From assembly GCA_016195915.1 (NCBI GenBank), contig JACPYS010000028.1, positions 132,542 through 196,541 on the forward strand: a stretch of 64,000 bases of DNA, in the 5' to 3' direction. Source of the stretch: Betaproteobacteria bacterium (GTDB taxonomy: Bacteria; Pseudomonadota; Gammaproteobacteria; Burkholderiales; SG8-39). Both the position numbers and the translations under genes were made by a program. Each line of letters opens with the position of its first letter. Positions within the stretch are counted from its first letter, which is position 1. Shown one piece after another: positions 20,902 through 30,829 of the stretch. The notes under the pieces were generated by a model. The model did no database searches, had not been told where the DNA came from, and saw only the letters and a program-made list of their open reading frames with translations.

Positions 20902-22379
20902 ATTCCGACCTTCAAACGGGCGGGCGATTCTGGCCGCCCGCCCGCGATCGCACGGGCAAGCTCGCGGCCCGGGTCGAACAGCGTTTCAACTGGCGCGGAA
21001 AACCCCCGGTGGCGCGGCACGCCGTCCGAGCCGCGTTCATAGCGATCGCGAAAGCCTTGAGCGTCGGCGCAGAGCCTGTCGATGCCCGCGAGCAGCGCCT
21101 GAACGTCGTCCCAGGTTGTATAGAGCCCGAAGCTCGCGCGCACCATGCCCTGGTGCATTTCGAGCTCGGCGATGCCCGACTCCAGCTCGACGTCGAGCGT
21201 GCTGTCCCACAGTTCGGGCTTGAGCATCTCGCGCACGTATGGATGCGCGCAGAAGCAGGCGTTGCGCACCGCGACGCCGAAATAGTCGTTCAGCGCCGCG
21301 GCGACGAGGCCATGGTCGAGCCCTTCGAGATTGAACGCGACGGTGCCGGTACGCGGCGAGCGCGCGAGGTCGGTATCGCCGTAAACACGCACCCGGGGTC
21401 GCGACGCGAGTTCGCGCAACAGCGGCGCGAGCATCGCCTGTTCGGCCTCGTGGACCTTGTCCATGCCGATCTGCATCAGGGTCTCGAGCGCCGCGCCGAG
21501 CAGCACGGCGCCTACGATGTTCGGCGTTCCGGCCTCTTCGCGGCCCGGAAAGGATTCGCTGACGATGTAGTCCTCCAGCGAAACGTCATCGACCATGCCA
21601 CCGCCGACCTCGTCGGGTTCCAGCCCGATCAACAGGTCGCGCCGCCCCACGATGACACCCGGCGAGCCCGGGGCGTAAACCTTGTGGCCGGAGAAAGCGA
21701 AGAAATCGATTCCGTCCGACATGTGCACCGGCGCATGCATCACGAGTTGCGAGCCGTCCACGACCAGCCACGCGTCGTGGGCGTGCACCAGCTCGGCGAT
21801 GGCTTTCAGCGGGTTGATGATGCCCGTGACGTTGCTCGCCCCAGTGATCGCCACGTAGTTGACGCGGCCGCGGTTCGATTCCAGCCTCGCGGCGAGCACC
21901 TTGAGGTCGAGTGCGCCGAACGCGGGCGCCACCCCGGTCATCGGGATGTGCTCGACTTGCCCTGCGTGCTTGCGGTGGGGCAGATCGTTCGAGTGGTGCT
22001 CCATTCCAGAAACCAGCACCACGTCGCGTTCGGGGCGCAGCGCGGCGAGGGAACGCGCGATGCGGTTGAAGCAGCCAGTCGAGCCGCTTCCCGCGAACGC
22101 GCAGGCATAGGTCGCGGGATCGGCGCCGACCAGCGCGAGCGCGCGTTCGTGGGCCCAGATGCAGGCGTGCGTCGCCACGCGCGCGCCATGGTGCAGGAGG
22201 CTGTGCGTGTTGGCGTAGTGCTTGAGGAATGCTTCGGCGGTTTCCCATGCGGGCCGCAGCATCAGGCTGGAGGCCGCGGAATCGAGATAACGCCGCCGCG
22301 CGACGCCTCCGCTGGCAAGCGGATATTCGGTGTCGAGGCCGATGAAGCGGTCTCTGATGAGCGACAGGGGAAGGGACAT
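20898..22379 (-). CDS. Class V aminotransferase-fold PLP-dependent enzyme (cysteine desulfurase-like)
   Basis: YLDSAASS and FSGHKVYAP (PLP-lysine region). Start at MSLPLSL is likely, but 22403 is possible. Confidence 0.85.
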   Translation of the reverse strand: MSLPLSLIRDRFIGLDTEYPLASGGVARRRYLDSAASSLMLRPAWETAEAFLKHYANTHSLLHHGARVATHACIWAHERALALVGADPATYACAFAGSGSTGCFNRIARSLAALRPERDVVLVSGMEHHSNDLPHRKHAGQVEHIPMTGVAPAFGALDLKVLAARLESNRGRVNYVAITGASNVTGIINPLKAIAELVHAHDAWLVVDGSQLVMHAPVHMSDGIDFFAFSGHKVYAPGSPGVIVGRRDLLIGLEPDEVGGGMVDDVSLEDYIVSESFPGREEAGTPNIVGAVLLGAALETLMQIGMDKVHEAEQAMLAPLLRELASRPRVRVYGDTDLARSPRTGTVAFNLEGLDHGLVAAALNDYFGVAVRNACFCAHPYVREMLKPELWDSTLDVELESGIAELEMHQGMVRASFGLYTTWDDVQALLAGIDRLCADAQGFRDRYERGSDGVPRHRGFSAPVETLFDPGRELARAIAGGRPESPARLKVGI

Positions 22380-22484
22380 GCCGCGTTCGATTGTAGGCTG
22401 CACCAGGTGGAAAAGGCTGCCAAATGGTGGTGCTTTGTATTTAAGTGTTAGAATAATATCCTACAAAATTCATTAATTGCGCAA

Positions 22485-22952
22485 ATGGATTCCATCGATC
22501 GAACATTGCTCGAGATCCTCCAGCAGGATGCGGACACGCCACTCGTCGAACTCGCGGCCCGCGTGCACTTATCGCCCACGCCCTGCTGGAGGCGCGTCCA
22601 GAAAATGCGCGCGGCGGGCGTGATCCGCCGGAACGTTGCGTTGTGCGATGCGGCGAAACTGGATGTGGGTGTCACGGTGTTCGTATCGGTGCGCACGAAC
22701 CAGCACACGCAGGGCTGGCTCGAGCGCTTCGCCAGGGGCGTGAAGGAGATTCCCGAGGTTGTCGAGTTCTATCGCATGAGCGGGGATATCGACTATCTGC
22801 TGCGGGTGGTGGTGCCGGACATCGCCGGATACGACGCGGTGTACAAGAAGCTGATCAAGGTCGCCGACCTGCACGACGTCAGTTCTTCCTTCGCCATGGA
22901 GCAGATCAAGTACACCACTGCGCTGCCGCTCAAGTACGCGCCGGGACGCTAA
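22485..22952 (+). CDS. Lrp/AsnC family transcriptional regulator
   Basis: MDSIDRTLLEILQQDADTPLVELAARVHLSPTPCWRRV HTH plus a RAM-domain C-terminus. It is divergent from the long operon across an AT-rich spacer. Confidence 0.92.
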   Translation: MDSIDRTLLEILQQDADTPLVELAARVHLSPTPCWRRVQKMRAAGVIRRNVALCDAAKLDVGVTVFVSVRTNQHTQGWLERFARGVKEIPEVVEFYRMSGDIDYLLRVVVPDIAGYDAVYKKLIKVADLHDVSSSFAMEQIKYTTALPLKYAPGR

Positions 22953-23012
22953 AATTTAATGTTTCGCCGGCTGTGGGCGCGCCGTAGGCAAAGGGCGATA
23001 GCGGGCACGGAA

Positions 23013-24608
23013 ATGCAGACCGGGAGTTTCGATTACATCGTCATCGGCGCGGGCTCGGCGGGTTGCGTGCTTGCGAACCGGTTGACGGCGAGCGGGCGGC
23101 ACAACGTTCTGCTGCTCGAAGCCGGGCCGCGCGACACCGATCCCTGGATCCATGTCCCGCTCGGCTACGCCAAGCTGTTTACCAAAAAGTCGGTCAACTG
23201 GAGCTACGAATCCGAACCCGAACCGGGGCTCGGCGGACGCAGCATTTTCACGCCGCGCGGCAAGGTGCTCGGCGGGTCGTCCTCGATCAATGGACTGGTT
23301 TACATCCGCGGGCAGCGAGAGGACTTCGATGGTTGGGGAGTTCCCGGCTGGGGCTTCGACGATCTGCTGCCCTGTTTCATCAAATCCGAAGACCAGAGCC
23401 GGGGCGCAAGCGCTTGGCACGGCGTAGGCGGGCCGATCGCGGTGTCGGACTTGCCTGACCGGCACGAACTGTGCGACGCGTTCATCGCTTCCGCGCAGGC
23501 GCTTGGAATCCCCCGCAACGACGACTTCAACGGCGCGACGCAGGAAGGCACGGGCTATTATCAGGCGACCGCGCGCAACGGCCGGCGCTGCAGCGCCGCG
23601 ACCGGTTACCTGCGTCCTGTGGTGAATCGGTCCAACCTGCGCATCGAAATCAATGCGCTCGCGACACGCATCGTGTTCGAGGGACTTCGCGCGACATCGG
23701 TTGAATTCCGTCAGAACGGAAAGACCCACAGCGCAGGGGCGCGCGAGATCATCCTGTCGGGCGGGACGTTCAATTCGCCGCAGCTCCTGCAGCTGTCCGG
23801 CGTCGGGCCGTCCCCGCATCTCGAGAGCCTGGGAATTCCGGTGGTTCTCGACGCAGCCGGGGTGGGCGAGGCGCTGCAGGACCATCTTTACGTGCGCACG
23901 TTCTGGCGCTGCACCAAGCCGGTCACGTTGAACGACGACATGGCGAGCCGGTGGCGTCAGCTCGGCATCGGACTGCGCTATGTGCTGCAGCGCAGAGGCC
24001 CTCTGACCGTGAGCGCGGGTTACGCCGCTGCGTTCGTACGCACGCGGCCGGAACTCACACGCCCCGATGCGCAGTTCTACTTCATCAACTTTTCCGCTTC
24101 CAAGCGTGGCGGGTTCCTGCATCCGTTTTCCGGTTTCACGTGCTCGGTGTCGCAGCTGCAGGCGGAATCGCGCGGCTGGGTGCGCATCCGCTCGGCAGAC
24201 CCCGAAGCTCCCCCGTCGATCCAATACAACTATCTCGCCGCGGAAAGCGACCGCCGCATGATGGTCGACGGGCTCAAACTTCTGCGGCGCCTGGTCAATA
24301 CGCGGCCGTTCAGCGATTACGTCGCCGAAGAAAAATATCCCGGCCCGCGTGTCCAGTCCGATGAAGATTGGCTCGGATTCTGCCGCGAAGCCGGGGAGAC
24401 CGTGTTCCACCCCACCTCAACCTGCCGGATGGGGATCGACGCGGCCTCGGTGGTCGACGAGCGCTTGCGCGTGCGCGGCCTCGCAGGGCTCCGGGTCGCC
24501 GACGCCTCGGTAATGCCCTCGGTGCCTTCCGGCAACATCAATGCGGCGGTAATTGCGGTTGCGGAGAAGGGCGCGGAACTGATTCTGGAAGATTCGGCCG
24601 TGACCTAG
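23013..24608 (+). CDS. GMC family oxidoreductase (choline dehydrogenase-like)
   Basis: FDYIVIGAGSAGCVLANRL FAD fold, GGSSSINGLVYIRG, HPTSTCRMG. Start placed at ATG 23013. Confidence 0.92.
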   Translation: MQTGSFDYIVIGAGSAGCVLANRLTASGRHNVLLLEAGPRDTDPWIHVPLGYAKLFTKKSVNWSYESEPEPGLGGRSIFTPRGKVLGGSSSINGLVYIRGQREDFDGWGVPGWGFDDLLPCFIKSEDQSRGASAWHGVGGPIAVSDLPDRHELCDAFIASAQALGIPRNDDFNGATQEGTGYYQATARNGRRCSAATGYLRPVVNRSNLRIEINALATRIVFEGLRATSVEFRQNGKTHSAGAREIILSGGTFNSPQLLQLSGVGPSPHLESLGIPVVLDAAGVGEALQDHLYVRTFWRCTKPVTLNDDMASRWRQLGIGLRYVLQRRGPLTVSAGYAAAFVRTRPELTRPDAQFYFINFSASKRGGFLHPFSGFTCSVSQLQAESRGWVRIRSADPEAPPSIQYNYLAAESDRRMMVDGLKLLRRLVNTRPFSDYVAEEKYPGPRVQSDEDWLGFCREAGETVFHPTSTCRMGIDAASVVDERLRVRGLAGLRVADASVMPSVPSGNINAAVIAVAEKGAELILEDSAVT

Positions 24609-24613
24609 CAAAT

Positions 24614-24666
24614 ATAGTTGACTGAATCCGTCGGGTATTGTATAGTTGAATTCCCTAGTCAAGTAT
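24614..24666 (+). promoter_or_regulatory. Sigma70-type promoter (TTGACT-17 nt-TATAGT) overlapped by two tandem IscR type-1-like boxes
   Basis: ATAGTTGACTGAATCCGTCGGGTAT (24614-24638) matches 24/25 positions of ATASYYGACTRWWWYAGTCRRSTAT. ATAGTTGAATTCCCTAGTCAAGTAT (24642-24666) matches 20/25. The -35 is at 24618-24623, the -10 at 24641-24646, and GAGG lies 6 nt before the iscR ATG. Confidence 0.7.
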
Positions 24667-24678
24667 TCGAGGCCGACA

Positions 24679-25161
24679 ATGAGGCTGACAACGAAAGGAC
24701 GGTTCGCGGTGACGGCCATGCTGGATCTTTCCATGCAGGAAGGCAATCGTCCGGTGACGCTGGCGGGCATCAGCCTGCGCCAGCGCATTTCACTTTCCTA
24801 TCTCGAGCAGCTGTTCGGCAAGTTGCGCCGCCACAAACTGGTCGATTCCGTCCGGGGACCCGGCGGCGGCTATACGCTGGCCCGCGAACTCGCGGCTGTT
24901 TCGATCGCCGACATTATTACCGCTGTCGACGAAACGCTCGATGCGACCCAGTGCGGGGGCAAGGAAAACTGCCATGAAGATCAGAAGTGCATCACCCACG
25001 ACCTGTGGGCCGATCTCAACCGGCACATTCTCGATTACCTGGGTGTCGTGACGCTCAAGCAGCTCGTCGATGGGCAGCGGGCGAGGCAAAACGGCGTAGC
25101 ACAGGTGCACGACATGCGCGAGTTCTCGCGCCCGCGCGAACGCACCACTGTCGCGGCCTGA
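24679..25161 (+). CDS. iscR: Rrf2-family Fe-S cluster regulator IscR
   Basis: MRLTTKGRFAVTAMLDL and ISLSYLEQLF. The cluster ligands have IscR spacing: C-x5-C-x5-C-x2-H (CGGKENCHEDQKCITH). Confidence 0.9.
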   Translation: MRLTTKGRFAVTAMLDLSMQEGNRPVTLAGISLRQRISLSYLEQLFGKLRRHKLVDSVRGPGGGYTLARELAAVSIADIITAVDETLDATQCGGKENCHEDQKCITHDLWADLNRHILDYLGVVTLKQLVDGQRARQNGVAQVHDMREFSRPRERTTVAA

Positions 25162-25180
25162 ATTTACAGCGGGCGGAACC

Positions 25181-25522
25181 ATGGCGATTACAGTCACTGA
25201 AAATGCAGCAAGACAGATCCAGACCCAGCTTGCGAAGCGCGGCAAGGGCGTGGGCCTGCGCGTCGGGGTCAAGAACGTCGGCTGTTCCGGCCTCGCCTAT
25301 ACGTTCGACTATGCTGATGAGTTGCGCGCCGGCGACCGGCTGTTCGAGGCCCACGACGCCAAAGTCGTGGTTGACGCCGAGACGTTGTCGGTCCTCGACG
25401 GTTCCCGCCTCGACTTCGTCAGGGACGGCTTCAAGCAGGTCTTCAAGTTCGACAATCCCAATGTCGAGGCCACCTGCGGCTGCGGCGAGAGTTTCAGCAT
25501 GAAGGGAACGGCGAAGGTCTAG
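25181..25522 (+). CDS. sufA: A-type Fe-S cluster carrier (IscA/SufA/HesB family)
   Basis: [16 protein letters not shown] ... CGCGESF. Confidence 0.88.
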   Translation: MAITVTENAARQIQTQLAKRGKGVGLRVGVKNVGCSGLAYTFDYADELRAGDRLFEAHDAKVVVDAETLSVLDGSRLDFVRDGFKQVFKFDNPNVEATCGCGESFSMKGTAKV

Positions 25523-25547
25523 AGCCGCAAGGCGCCTGCGAATCGCG

Positions 25548-26984
25548 ATGAGCACGGTACTGCAGAATCTCGTCAACCAGCCCTACCAGCACGGTTTCGT
25601 CACGGATATCGAGTCGGACGTCGCGCCCAAAGGCCTGGGCGAGGACACCATCCGCCTGATTTCGGCGAAGAAGAAAGAGCCCGGGTGGCTGCTCGAATTT
25701 CGCCTGAAGGCCTTCCGGCAATGGCTCACGATGCAGGAACCGGCCTGGCCCAACGTGCATTACCCGAAGATCGATTTCCAGGCCATCAGTTATTACTCGG
25801 CGCCAAGGGCGAAGAAGAAACTCGCCAGCATCGATGAAGTCGACCCCGAGCTGCTGCGCACGTTCGAGAAACTCGGCGTACCGATGAATGAGCGTGCATC
25901 GCTCGCAGGCGTCGCCGTGGATGTGATTTTCGACAGCGTCTCCGTGGCGACCACGTACAAGGCGAAGCTGGCCGAGGTCGGCATCATCTTCTGCTCGATC
26001 TCGGAGGCGGTGCACGAGCATCCGGAACTGGTGAGGCGGTACCTCGGCACGGTGGTGCCCGCGGGCGATAACTACTACGCCGCCCTCAACTCCGCGGTCT
26101 TCACCGACGGCTCGTTCTGCTTCATCCCGAAGGGCGTCAAATGCCCGATGGATCTGTCGACCTATTTCCGCATCAACACCCAGGAATCCGGCCAGTTCGA
26201 GCGCACGCTGATCGTCGCGGAACAGGGTGCTTCGGTGTCTTACCTCGAAGGCTGCACGGCGCCGAAGTTCGACACCAACCAGTTGCACGCCGCGGTGGTG
26301 GAGTTGGTCGCGCTCGATAATGCCGACATCAAGTACTCGACGGTGCAGAATTGGTACGCGGGTGACGAGAACGGCGTCGGCGGCATTTACAACTTCGTCA
26401 CCAAGCGCGGCCTGTGCAAGGGCGTCAATTCGCGCATTTCGTGGACCCAGGTCGAAACCGGCTCGGCGATCACCTGGAAATACCCGAGCTGCATCCTGCG
26501 CGGCGAGAACTCGGTCGGCGAGTTCTATTCGGTCGCGCTCACCAATCATCACCAGCAGGCCGATACCGGCACCAAGATGGTCCACATCGGCAGGAACACG
26601 CGCAGCACCATCGTGAGCAAGGGCATTTCGGCCGGCCAGTCCAGCAACAGCTATCGCGGTCTCGTGCGCATCGCGCCCACGGCGGCCGGCGCGCGCAATT
26701 ACTCCAAGTGCGATTCGATGCTGATCGGCGAAAGGTGCTCCGCCAACACCTTTCCCTACATCCAGGTCGGCAACCAGAGCGCCCAGGTCGAACACGAGGC
26801 ATCGACCTCCAAGATCGGCGAGGACCAGCTGTTTTACTTCGCGCAGCGCGGCATCGGCGCCGAGGAGGCGGTGTCGATGATCATCAACGGGTTCTGCAAG
26901 GACGTGTTTCAACAACTGCCGATGGAGTTCGCCGTCGAGGCGACCAAACTGCTCGGCCTCAAGCTCGAAGGAAGCGTCGGATGA
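25548..26984 (+). CDS. sufB: Fe-S cluster assembly protein SufB
   Basis: Full-length SufB similarity ([41 protein letters not shown]). Confidence 0.95.
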   Translation: MSTVLQNLVNQPYQHGFVTDIESDVAPKGLGEDTIRLISAKKKEPGWLLEFRLKAFRQWLTMQEPAWPNVHYPKIDFQAISYYSAPRAKKKLASIDEVDPELLRTFEKLGVPMNERASLAGVAVDVIFDSVSVATTYKAKLAEVGIIFCSISEAVHEHPELVRRYLGTVVPAGDNYYAALNSAVFTDGSFCFIPKGVKCPMDLSTYFRINTQESGQFERTLIVAEQGASVSYLEGCTAPKFDTNQLHAAVVELVALDNADIKYSTVQNWYAGDENGVGGIYNFVTKRGLCKGVNSRISWTQVETGSAITWKYPSCILRGENSVGEFYSVALTNHHQQADTGTKMVHIGRNTRSTIVSKGISAGQSSNSYRGLVRIAPTAAGARNYSKCDSMLIGERCSANTFPYIQVGNQSAQVEHEASTSKIGEDQLFYFAQRGIGAEEAVSMIINGFCKDVFQQLPMEFAVEATKLLGLKLEGSVG

Positions 26985-27775
26985 TTTACCAGGACAGCAC
27001 GACGGTGCTCGAGGTGCGCGGGTTGCGCGCGAGCGTCAACGGCATTGAGATTCTCAAGGGAATCGACCTCACGGTCCGGACCGGGGAGGTGCACGCGATC
27101 ATGGGGCCGAACGGCTCCGGCAAGAGCACTTTCGCCAAGGTGCTGGCCGGCCATCCGGCGTATGCGGTCACTGCCGGCACGGTTTCCCTGGAGGGGAGGA
27201 ACCTGCTCGAACTTGCGCCCGAAGCGCGCGCCCGCGCGGGTGTTTTCCTCGGATTTCAGTATCCGATCGAGATTCCCGGCGTCGCCAACAGCCAGTTTCT
27301 GCGGCTCGCCTACAACACGGTGCAGGCGCAGCGCGGCTCAGACGAGCTCGATCCGCTCGAGTTCGACGATTTCGTGCGCGAAAAGATGAAGCTTCTCGAG
27401 ATGAACCCGGATTTTCTCGACCGCAGCGTCAATGAAGGCTTCTCCGGCGGCGAGAAGAAACGCAACGAGATCCTGCAGATGGCTCTGCTCGAACCGCGGC
27501 TCGGCATTCTCGACGAGACCGACTCCGGCCTGGACATCGATGCGCTGAGGGTCGTGGCGGGCGGGGTCAACCAGCTAGCCGGCAAGGACAATGCGACCGT
27601 CCTGGTCACTCACTACCAGCGCCTGCTCAACTACATCGTGCCGGACTACGTGCACGTGATGGATGGCGGACGCATCATCAAGACAGGCGGCAGTGAGCTT
27701 GCGCTGGAACTCGAATCGCGCGGCTATGACTGGGTGAGCGCGGAATACAAGAACGCAGCGCGCGCGACGGCATGA
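26981..27775 (+). CDS. sufC: Fe-S cluster assembly ATPase SufC
   Basis: [34 protein letters not shown]. The ATG overlaps the sufB stop (ATGA). Confidence 0.95.
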   Translation: MIYQDSTTVLEVRGLRASVNGIEILKGIDLTVRTGEVHAIMGPNGSGKSTFAKVLAGHPAYAVTAGTVSLEGRNLLELAPEARARAGVFLGFQYPIEIPGVANSQFLRLAYNTVQAQRGSDELDPLEFDDFVREKMKLLEMNPDFLDRSVNEGFSGGEKKRNEILQMALLEPRLGILDETDSGLDIDALRVVAGGVNQLAGKDNATVLVTHYQRLLNYIVPDYVHVMDGGRIIKTGGSELALELESRGYDWVSAEYKNAARATA

Positions 27776-29064
27776 ATACCGCGACCGGCAGCGGCTATCT
27801 GGAGAGCCTGCTGCGCGAGCAGCCGGCGCTTCCCGCCAGCCCGCTTGCGTGGCTGAACCGGCTTCGCGCGAACGCGGTCGAGCGCGTCGGAGCGCTCACG
27901 GTGCCGAGCGCGCGCGACGAGGACTGGCGTTTCACCGACATTTCGCCGCTCACCAAGATGCCGTTTCAGCCCGTGACGCGCGCGGCGAAGCTCGAGGCTG
28001 CTGCCATCGAGCGCTTCACGCTGCCCGAGGCGGGTGCGCGGCTCGCGTTCGTGGACGGCGTTTTCGCGCCGGAACTTTCGTACAACCGGACCGCCGTAAC
28101 GGTGGCTAACCTGGCGACGGGTGCGGGACGGCATGCCGCGCTGCTCGAGCCGCACCTGGGCCGTCACGCGGGGTTCGCCGACAACGTATTCGCCGCGCTC
28201 AATACCGCCTTCCTGCACGACGGGGCGCTGATTGTCGTGCCGCGCGACGTGGCGGTTGCCGGGCCGCTGCACCTGCTGTTCATCGCGACGCAGCCCGAAG
28301 CAGCCAGCTATCCGCGCTGCCTGGTGGCGGCACAAGCGGGGAGCGCCGTAACGGTGATCGAGGACTTCGTGGCATTGCAGGAAGCGGCGTATTTCACCAA
28401 CGCGGTGAGCGAGATCGTCCTTTCGGACAACGCCAGCGTCAGTCACGTTCGCGTGCAGCGCGACAGCGGCGCGGCATTCCATATCGCGAATTGCGCGGTG
28501 TCGCTTGCGCACGCGAGCCGCTACAGGTCGGTGAGCGTTGCGCTCGGCGGGCGCATTTCGCGCTACAACCTGAACGTGCTGCAGGCGGCCGAGGGCGCGC
28601 AGTGCGCGATCGACGGGCTCGCGCTGATCACCGGCCGCCAGCTCGCCGATTCGCACACCTGCATCGACCATGCGTGGCCGAACGGAGTGAGCCGGCAGCT
28701 GCACAAGTGCATCGTCGACGGCTCCGCGCACGCGGTGTTCAACGGCAAGATCCTGGTGCGTCCCGGCGCGCAGCGCACCGATTCGTCGCAATCGAGCCGC
28801 AACCTGCTGCTGACGGGCAAGGCGCGCGTGGATACCAAGCCGCAGCTCGAGATTTTTGCCGACGACGTCAAGTGCGCGCATGGCGCGACCGTGGGCCAGC
28901 TCGACGCGGAGGAAGTGTTTTACCTGAGGAGCCGCGGATTGTCGGACGCGGCGGCGCGCAACCTCCTTACCTACGCGTTCGGCGCCGAGATCATCGACCG
29001 GATTCCGGTCGCCAGCCTCAAGCAGCGCCTCGAGAGCATCGTGCTGGCGCAAACCAACCACTGA
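27772..29064 (+). CDS. sufD: Fe-S cluster assembly protein SufD
   Basis: SufBD-fold C-terminus (EIFADDVKCAHGATVGQLD). The ATG overlaps the sufC stop. Confidence 0.92.
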   Translation: MNTATGSGYLESLLREQPALPASPLAWLNRLRANAVERVGALTVPSARDEDWRFTDISPLTKMPFQPVTRAAKLEAAAIERFTLPEAGARLAFVDGVFAPELSYNRTAVTVANLATGAGRHAALLEPHLGRHAGFADNVFAALNTAFLHDGALIVVPRDVAVAGPLHLLFIATQPEAASYPRCLVAAQAGSAVTVIEDFVALQEAAYFTNAVSEIVLSDNASVSHVRVQRDSGAAFHIANCAVSLAHASRYRSVSVALGGRISRYNLNVLQAAEGAQCAIDGLALITGRQLADSHTCIDHAWPNGVSRQLHKCIVDGSAHAVFNGKILVRPGAQRTDSSQSSRNLLLTGKARVDTKPQLEIFADDVKCAHGATVGQLDAEEVFYLRSRGLSDAAARNLLTYAFGAEIIDRIPVASLKQRLESIVLAQTNH

Positions 29065-29069
29065 AGACC

Positions 29070-30329
29070 ATGACCGCTTCCCCGAGTCCACGCCGGCTCG
29101 CCCCGGCGCCCGCGCTGGACGTTGAACGCATCCGTGCCGATTTCCCCATCCTCAGGCTGAAAGTCGGCGGCAAGCCGCTGGTGTACCTCGACAACGCGGC
29201 TTCGAGCCAGATGCCGCAGCAGGTGATCGACCGCCTGCTGCGCTACCAGACCAGCCAGCACGCGAACATTCACCGCGCGGTGCACATGCTCTCCGAGATC
29301 GCGACCGCCGAGTACGAAGAGGCGCGGCGCAAGATCGCGCGTTTCGTCAACGCGCGCGAAGATCGCGAAGTGATCTTCACCAGCGGCACCACCGAGGCGA
29401 TCAACCTGGTGATGCACGGTTACGGCCGCAAGTTTCTCGGTGCCGGCGACGAGATCATCCTGACCACGCTCGAGCACCACTCGAACATCGTGCCCTGGCA
29501 GATGCTGTGCGAAGAAAAAGGCGCCAGGATCCGCGTGGTGCCGATCAACGATGCCGGCGAACTGCTGATCGACGAATACGAGAAGCTGTTCAACGAGCGC
29601 ACGAAGTTCGTGGGCGTGATGCAGGTTTCGAATGCGCTCGGCACCGTCAACCCGGTCAAGAGCATGATCGCGTTCGCGCACGCGCGCGGCGTTCCGGTGC
29701 TCATCGACGGCGCGCAGGCCGCGCCGCACATGAACATCGACGTGCAGGACCTCGATTGCGACTTCTACGCGTTGTCGGGCCACAAGCTGTGCGGTCCGAC
29801 CGGCATCGGCATCCTCTACGGCAAGGCCGCCCTGCTCGAGCGCATGCAGCCGTTCAAGGGCGGCGGCGACATGATCCTGTCGGTGAGCTTCGAGAAGACC
29901 GTCTACAACACCGTGCCGCAGAAATTCGAGGCCGGCACGCCGCCGATCGCCGCGGCGATCGGGCTCGGCGCGGCGATCGATTACCTGTCGGAAATAGGCA
30001 TGGGCGCCATCGCCGCCCACGAAAACGCGCTGCTCGATTACGCGACGGCGCAGCTCGAGCGCATGCCGGGCGTGTGCATCATCGGCACGGCGGCGGACAA
30101 GGCGGCGGTGCTCTCGTTCGCGCTCCAGGGCGTGCACCCGCACGACGCCGGCACGCTGCTCAACCAGGAAGGCGTGGCGGTGCGCACGGGCCACCATTGC
30201 GCGCAGCCGGTGATGCAGCGTTTCAGGATACCGGCGACCTCGCGCGCCTCGTTCGCGTTCTACAACAGCATGGCCGAAGTCGATGCGCTGGTCGCCGGCA
30301 TTCGCACCGTGCAGAAGGTGTTTGCGTAA
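29070..30329 (+). CDS. sufS: Cysteine desulfurase SufS (class V aminotransferase, group II)
   Basis: YLDNAASSQ, SGHKLCGPTGIG (PLP Lys), RTGHHCAQP (catalytic Cys). Confidence 0.93.
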   Translation: MTASPSPRRLAPAPALDVERIRADFPILRLKVGGKPLVYLDNAASSQMPQQVIDRLLRYQTSQHANIHRAVHMLSEIATAEYEEARRKIARFVNAREDREVIFTSGTTEAINLVMHGYGRKFLGAGDEIILTTLEHHSNIVPWQMLCEEKGARIRVVPINDAGELLIDEYEKLFNERTKFVGVMQVSNALGTVNPVKSMIAFAHARGVPVLIDGAQAAPHMNIDVQDLDCDFYALSGHKLCGPTGIGILYGKAALLERMQPFKGGGDMILSVSFEKTVYNTVPQKFEAGTPPIAAAIGLGAAIDYLSEIGMGAIAAHENALLDYATAQLERMPGVCIIGTAADKAAVLSFALQGVHPHDAGTLLNQEGVAVRTGHHCAQPVMQRFRIPATSRASFAFYNSMAEVDALVAGIRTVQKVFA

Positions 30330-30817
30330 TGGCGGACACCAAGGCGCTGTATCAGGAAGTGATCCTCGATCACAACCGCAAGCCGCGCAACTACGGCAGG
30401 CTCGATCACCCGAGCCACAAGGCGGAAGGCCACAACCCGTTGTGCGGGGACCACCTTGCGCTTGCGCTGGATCTCCAGGGCGAGCGCATCGCAGGCATCG
30501 CGTTCGAGGGCGAGTCCTGCGCCATCTGCAAGGCCTCCGCGTCCATGATGACCGCCACGGTCAAGGGCAAGACGCGCGAGGACGCCGAAACGCTGATTCG
30601 CGAGTTTCGCGAGATGGCGACCGGTGAACTGGATTGCGGCAGCTATCCCCACCACCTCGGGCGGCTCACCGTGTTTGCGGGCGTGCGCGACCTGCCGACG
30701 CGGGTCAAATGCGCGATCCTGCCCTGGCATACGCTGCGTGCGGCAATCCACTCGCAGGCGAGCACCTCGACCGAGTCGGAAGCCGATCCGATGCACGCGC
30801 CTATCGGCGACGCCTGA
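30329..30817 (+). CDS. sufU: SufU-type (IscU/NifU N-terminal-like) sulfur acceptor/scaffold
   Basis: NPLCGDHL, SCAICKASASMM and RVKCAILPW match the Cys/Asp/Cys/Cys ligand pattern of SufU. The ATG overlaps the sufS TAA (TAATG). Confidence 0.85.
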   Translation: MADTKALYQEVILDHNRKPRNYGRLDHPSHKAEGHNPLCGDHLALALDLQGERIAGIAFEGESCAICKASASMMTATVKGKTREDAETLIREFREMATGELDCGSYPHHLGRLTVFAGVRDLPTRVKCAILPWHTLRAAIHSQASTSTESEADPMHAPIGDA

Positions 30818-30829
30818 GCGAACGCAGAC

